Shown here one piece after another: positions 60,514 through 64,000 of a stretch of 64,000 bases of DNA. Source of the DNA: an uncultured virus (IMG/VR IMGVR_UViG_3300037963_003145) (lineage: Duplodnaviria; Heunggongvirae; Uroviricota; Caudoviricetes); the IMG/VR virus record IMGVR_UViG_3300037963_003145. One strand, written 5' to 3'. Every line of letters begins with the position of its first letter. Position 1 is the first letter of the stretch. The position numbers and the translations under genes were made by a program. The notes under the pieces are model-generated. The model saw only the letters and a list, made by a program, of their open reading frames with translations. It ran no database searches and was not told the DNA's origin.

Positions 60514-60637
60514 GGTTTTGTATAAATATTATACAATTGAAAATGGAAAACCTGTACCCGATTGGAAAGTGTGTAGGGATCCAGATTGGTGGAAAGAGTA
60601 CCTAATCAGTCTAGGAATAGACCCTAAGAATCCATGA
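60488..60637 (+). CDS. Small hypothetical protein
   Basis: VPDWK...DPDWWKEYL. Confidence 0.6.
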   Translation: MEIAQIIDEVLYKYYTIENGKPVPDWKVCRDPDWWKEYLISLGIDPKNP

Positions 60638-60828
60638 CAGAAGATGGCGAATCGCCGAAAGACTACACATATAATTTTACAATAGAGGATGTACATCTTC
60701 TATATACCTGTGTCGCTAACAGATTAGAGACATGGGCTGGTGGACATCCAACAGAACAAGAACATTTAATTCATTTAAAAAACGAACTATATAAAGGTGT
60801 ATTAGATTTTAAATTTAATCATCTATGA
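60634..60828 (+). CDS. Small hypothetical protein
   Basis: ATGA-coupled; W.GG.P.EQE. Confidence 0.7.
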   Translation: MTEDGESPKDYTYNFTIEDVHLLYTCVANRLETWAGGHPTEQEHLIHLKNELYKGVLDFKFNHL

Positions 60829-61031
60829 ATTTATTATTGCGTCCTTTAGAAAACGCGAATGATCCTGTATGGAGTGTAATAATTTTACTTATTATTCTCC
60901 TGATGGGAGTGACATATTACATCGTATATATAATGCGTATGGCTTTTAAAGAATTGGAAAATGACGGATCAGATCAACACCAAAGACGCGAGTCAGGACC
61001 AAGCGATAGCCCTCCTGACACACAGGATTGA
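60825..61031 (+). CDS. Single-TM protein (weakly NdhQ-like)
   Basis: ENANDP-TM-YIMRMAF. Confidence 0.65.
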   Translation: MNLLLRPLENANDPVWSVIILLIILLMGVTYYIVYIMRMAFKELENDGSDQHQRRESGPSDSPPDTQD

Positions 61032-61233
61032 AGATATCGAAAAAATGGCTGAAGAACTCCGTGATCGTGTTCGTAAATTAGAACGCTGGGTCTGGGGTGC
61101 TGGCGCCGTCATCACTGCCGCCATTACACTAATAGGAATAGTTACTGCAGCTGATGCAGAGGAGATCAATTATGGGCGCAATGGTTCCACCGAGTCGGAA
61201 ATCGTGTTACAATTTCCGAGTAGTAGAGATTAA
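60961..61233 (+). CDS. Coiled-coil + TM small protein
   Basis: RVRKLERWVWGAGAVI. Confidence 0.65.
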   Translation: MTDQINTKDASQDQAIALLTHRIEDIEKMAEELRDRVRKLERWVWGAGAVITAAITLIGIVTAADAEEINYGRNGSTESEIVLQFPSSRD

Positions 61234-61633
61234 TCGAGTTCTTGATGGAGACACTATTGATGTCACTATTGACCTCGGATTTGATCTTTATAAAAAGGAA
61301 AGAGTACGAGTTGCTGGGGTTGATACTCCAGAAAAAAGAACTAAAAATCTAGAGGAGAAAGCTCTTGGAATCGACGCAACCAACTGGCTCAAAGAGAAAC
61401 TGGAGGGTGCTATCTCTGGTGACGATGAGTTGTCTGTTAGGACTGAACTTGTTGGTGGCGTGGGGAAATATGGCCGTCTTCTTGGGTGGTTATACATTGG
61501 GGATGCAGAGTTGTCCCTCAATGAACAAATGATCACCGAAGGATATGCTCACGCATATGATGGTGGCACAAAAGATATGAATCTTGAAAAATTACGTGAA
61601 ATCCGCCGTGCTCATGGCACGTTAGTAGAATGA
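61172..61633 (+). CDS. Thermonuclease (SNase-like)
   Basis: RVLDGDTID, RVAGVDTPE, GKYGRLL, GYA..YDGG. Confidence 0.9.
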   Translation: MGAMVPPSRKSCYNFRVVEINRVLDGDTIDVTIDLGFDLYKKERVRVAGVDTPEKRTKNLEEKALGIDATNWLKEKLEGAISGDDELSVRTELVGGVGKYGRLLGWLYIGDAELSLNEQMITEGYAHAYDGGTKDMNLEKLREIRRAHGTLVE

Positions 61634-61830
61634 AACAACGAATGCTAAAAGCTCTTAAAGCAAATGCTTTGGGACAAATCGAAAAACATAAAGTAAACAT
61701 CGAAATCTATATGCATAATGCTGTAGGTATTGGTGAACATTCAGACGTTATGGCTGCAGTGGAATCTGAGATTGATAAAATATCTCATTTTCATGACCAA
61801 CTAGAAGTAATTGAAAAATATTTGGAGTGA
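61630..61830 (+). CDS. Conserved hypothetical protein
   Basis: NAVGIGEHSD. Confidence 0.8.
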   Translation: MKQRMLKALKANALGQIEKHKVNIEIYMHNAVGIGEHSDVMAAVESEIDKISHFHDQLEVIEKYLE

Positions 61831-61864
61831 TAGTGATACATAATGTAGTTGCACAACTACTCGT

Positions 61865-62188
61865 ATGAAGTTCTTTTTTGCACTACTCGCTACACTTTTT
61901 CTTGCTGCTCCAGCGTGGGCAGTTGACGTTACAATGGGATCAAATGGTAATTTAGTATTTGAACCAAATGACATTACAATTTCGGCTGGAGAAACTGTTC
62001 ATTTCGTTAATGGTATGCTCCCACCCCACAATATCATTGTGGAAGGACGTGCTGATTTATCAAGAGAAGCATTGATGTTTTCTCCTGGAGAATCACAAGA
62101 CATTAAGTTTGCAGATGCAGGAGATTACGATTTCTTCTGTGGACCACATCAGGGTGCAGGCATGGTAGGGACGGTACATGTAGAATGA
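61865..62188 (+). CDS. petE: Plastocyanin
   Basis: Signal peptide; PPHN; CGPHQGAGM copper ligands. Confidence 0.97.
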   Translation: MKFFFALLATLFLAAPAWAVDVTMGSNGNLVFEPNDITISAGETVHFVNGMLPPHNIIVEGRADLSREALMFSPGESQDIKFADAGDYDFFCGPHQGAGMVGTVHVE

Positions 62189-62703
62189 AACAAATCAACA
62201 TTGTTGTTTTAAACTTCACTGTTGCAATACTTGATTTCTTATATCAAGGAAGAGATTATCCACGCTTCTGGGTGCTTGAAACTATTGCTAGAGCACCCTA
62301 CTTCGCTTTCTTGAGTGTATTGCATTTCAGAGAAAGTTTAGGATTGAGAGGTCCAGAACACATTTACTTGATGAAGGAACACTTCTATCAATCAATAAAT
62401 GAAACTGAGCACCTAGAATATATGGAAAGTAGAAATGGTAATCGTTATTGGATTGATCGTTTTATCGCCAAACACCTTGTTCTTATCTATTACTGGATTA
62501 ATGTAGTATATTATTTAATATTACCTCGCTATGCATATCACCTTTCATATGAAGTAGAAGTTCATGCATCATTAACATATGCAAAGTATCTTTCTACACA
62601 TGGTGGTGGTGATGACTTTGACAAAATTACAGAAATTATGAATGATGAGGTACAACATTTTCAAGAGCTGAAAGACGCTATGGAAATGCTAGCAATCTCT
62701 TGA
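62185..62703 (+). CDS. ptox: Plastoquinol terminal oxidase
   Basis: LETIARAPYF, ETEH, EVH, DEVQH di-iron motifs. Confidence 0.95.
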   Translation: MKQINIVVLNFTVAILDFLYQGRDYPRFWVLETIARAPYFAFLSVLHFRESLGLRGPEHIYLMKEHFYQSINETEHLEYMESRNGNRYWIDRFIAKHLVLIYYWINVVYYLILPRYAYHLSYEVEVHASLTYAKYLSTHGGGDDFDKITEIMNDEVQHFQELKDAMEMLAIS

Positions 62704-62728
62704 CATTCCGCCCCAGACCTCCTATAAT
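62700..62728 (+). promoter_or_regulatory. Sigma70 promoter for tRNA
   Basis: TTGACA-17-TATAAT. Confidence 0.85.
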
Positions 62729-62745
62729 ATGGAGGTCCACCCATT

Positions 62746-62830
62746 GGAAAGGTGGTCGAGTGGTTTATGGCACTGGTCTTGAAAACCAGCGATGTGAAAG
62801 CATCCGTGGGTTCAAATCCCACCCTTTCCG
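62746..62830 (+). tRNA. tRNA-Ser(TGA), CCA not encoded
   Basis: Acceptor GGAAAGG/CCTTTCC, anticodon arm CTGGT-CTTGAAA-ACCAG, long variable arm, GTTCAAAT T-loop. Confidence 0.95.
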
Positions 62831-62850
62831 TGTCCTTCGACTGATTTCAA

Positions 62851-63021
62851 ATGAAAATCAATCTATGGTATTCTCAATCTCAACGTCAGTGGAGATGGTC
62901 ATTATGTGACGACAGTGACGCTATGAGACAAGAATCTGGTCAACGACCATTCCTTCGAGATGCTATGAACGACGTTGCAGATACTGTAGAATATATGCTA
63001 CAGTGTAAACAACCCGAATGA
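62851..63021 (+). CDS. Small hypothetical protein (56 aa)
   Basis: MKINLWYS..QWRWSL...QESGQRP.LRDAMNDVA.TVEY. Confidence 0.7.
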   Translation: MKINLWYSQSQRQWRWSLCDDSDAMRQESGQRPFLRDAMNDVADTVEYMLQCKQPE

Positions 63022-63049
63022 AGGGTTCCTCTTTGAGGATACAAATTTT

Positions 63050-63643
63050 ATGAGGATTATGATTAAATCAATTATTGGAATGAGCATTCTTGCTGCATCA
63101 GTTGCTATTACGCCTAATGCAGAAAAGCATGTTTCGACATCTCAATCAGAACCAATTGAAATTCCACAGGTTGCATATAAGCCTGTTTGGACGTGTCCTG
63201 ATTGCACACCAGAAGAAAAATATGTCCTTGAACAACTTCAAGAACATACACGTATTACGGATAGAAATGCCCTGGCGACAATTTTGGGAAATATTAAACA
63301 GGAAAGTCTTTTCATTCCCAACATATGCGAGGGAGGGGCTAGAGTTTCTTACAACAATTGCCATAGTGGTGGTTATGGGCTTATTCAGTGGACCTCAGTA
63401 GGACGCTATAATAATCTCGGTAAGTTCTGTGTTAAGTACAACTGCGATCCGAGTAGTCTTGAGGGACAAACTCGTTACATGATCAATGAAAATATCTTCC
63501 AACGTTATCTTCCAGAGTTTGAAGGTAATGGAAAAACAGTTAGACAGTATATGGTTCCTGCTTATTATTGGTTGGGGTGGGGTATTAAAGGAAACAGAGA
63601 AATTTACTCGTATGACTACACAAAGAAATTGGTGTTGACATGA
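63050..63643 (+). CDS. Phage lysozyme-like muramidase with signal peptide
   Basis: ILGNIKQES, GGYGLIQWT. Confidence 0.8.
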   Translation: MRIMIKSIIGMSILAASVAITPNAEKHVSTSQSEPIEIPQVAYKPVWTCPDCTPEEKYVLEQLQEHTRITDRNALATILGNIKQESLFIPNICEGGARVSYNNCHSGGYGLIQWTSVGRYNNLGKFCVKYNCDPSSLEGQTRYMINENIFQRYLPEFEGNGKTVRQYMVPAYYWLGWGIKGNREIYSYDYTKKLVLT

Positions 63644-63852
63644 TTAACGACTGGCGTTATAGTGATCAAAAAATGAAAACAAGACAGCAAGCTTATTCTA
63701 TTCTTCTTGCTCGTTATGGGTCACAATTAAACCCAGATGGTAGTCCCATATATAATATGAAGTCAATCACAGAGTGTGCTCATGATTGGGTTTCGCAAGG
63801 AAATGTTAGATGTGATGGTATTGTAAAATACTTTGAAGCTTATTACACATGA
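63640..63852 (+). CDS. Hypothetical protein
   Basis: ATGA-coupled; ECAHDWVSQG. Confidence 0.75.
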   Translation: MINDWRYSDQKMKTRQQAYSILLARYGSQLNPDGSPIYNMKSITECAHDWVSQGNVRCDGIVKYFEAYYT

Positions 63853-64000
63853 CAAATTCTTCTAAATGGGAATTTGGTGGTCTTGACAGACACCCTGTTA
63901 ATGTGTTAAGGTTAATTAGTGAACTTGAGGGGTCTTCACAACTCCTCAAGTACATGGGTTTCAAAGAAGACATGGAAACCATCAATGAGATAAAGAAAAG
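63849..64000 (+). CDS. Hypothetical protein (3' truncated)
   Basis: ATGA-coupled; LRLISELEGSSQLLKYMGF. Confidence 0.7.
   Translation, partial: MTNSSKWEFGGLDRHPVNVLRLISELEGSSQLLKYMGFKEDMETINEIKK

Noticed and set aside
61845..61860. GTAGTTG-CA-CAACTAC palindrome before petE as an NtcA box
   Set aside because: Spacing is GTA-N10-TAC, not N8; more likely a 5' hairpin.
62700..62909. 69-aa ORF from the track
   Set aside because: Overlies a consensus promoter and tRNA-Ser.

Overview
A 64-kb segment of a T4-like marine cyanomyovirus genome. The host is probably Synechococcus, inferred from gnd+zwf, cpeT, petE, ptox and a tRNA. In order: the head/tail module (gp17, 18, 19, 20, 21, 22, 23, extended gp3 plus two accessory structural genes), recombination/replication genes (uvsY, uvsW, gp55, gp47, gp46, gp45, gp44, gp62, regA, gp43, uvsX, gp41, gp61, nrdAB), a CobS/MoxR-VWA pair, hsp20, mazG, a nuclease/ligase-like/nucleotidyltransferase trio, a membrane/exported-protein island and auxiliary metabolic genes (gnd, an ndhP missed by the ORF track, zwf, petE, ptox, tRNA-Ser). 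Sigma70-type (TTGACA-17-TATAAT) and T4-late (TATAAATA) promoters and many intrinsic terminators are visible. Most unusual signals: (1) a tandem glutamine-riboswitch-like leader whose second aptamer holds a complete 56-aa ORF inside its P2 loop, upstream of a DUF4278 gene; (2) a duplicated promoter + 23-nt + TAGCT-hairpin element, one copy firing antisense toward uvsW; (3) a DUF4338-like + glycosyltransferase pair splitting the clamp-loader genes; (4) two large in-frame-removable insertions bounded by short direct repeats; (5) a likely capsid-targeted nucleotidyltransferase polyprotein. Family names come from motif recognition and memory; no database searches were run. A 10-N gap lies in gp44.
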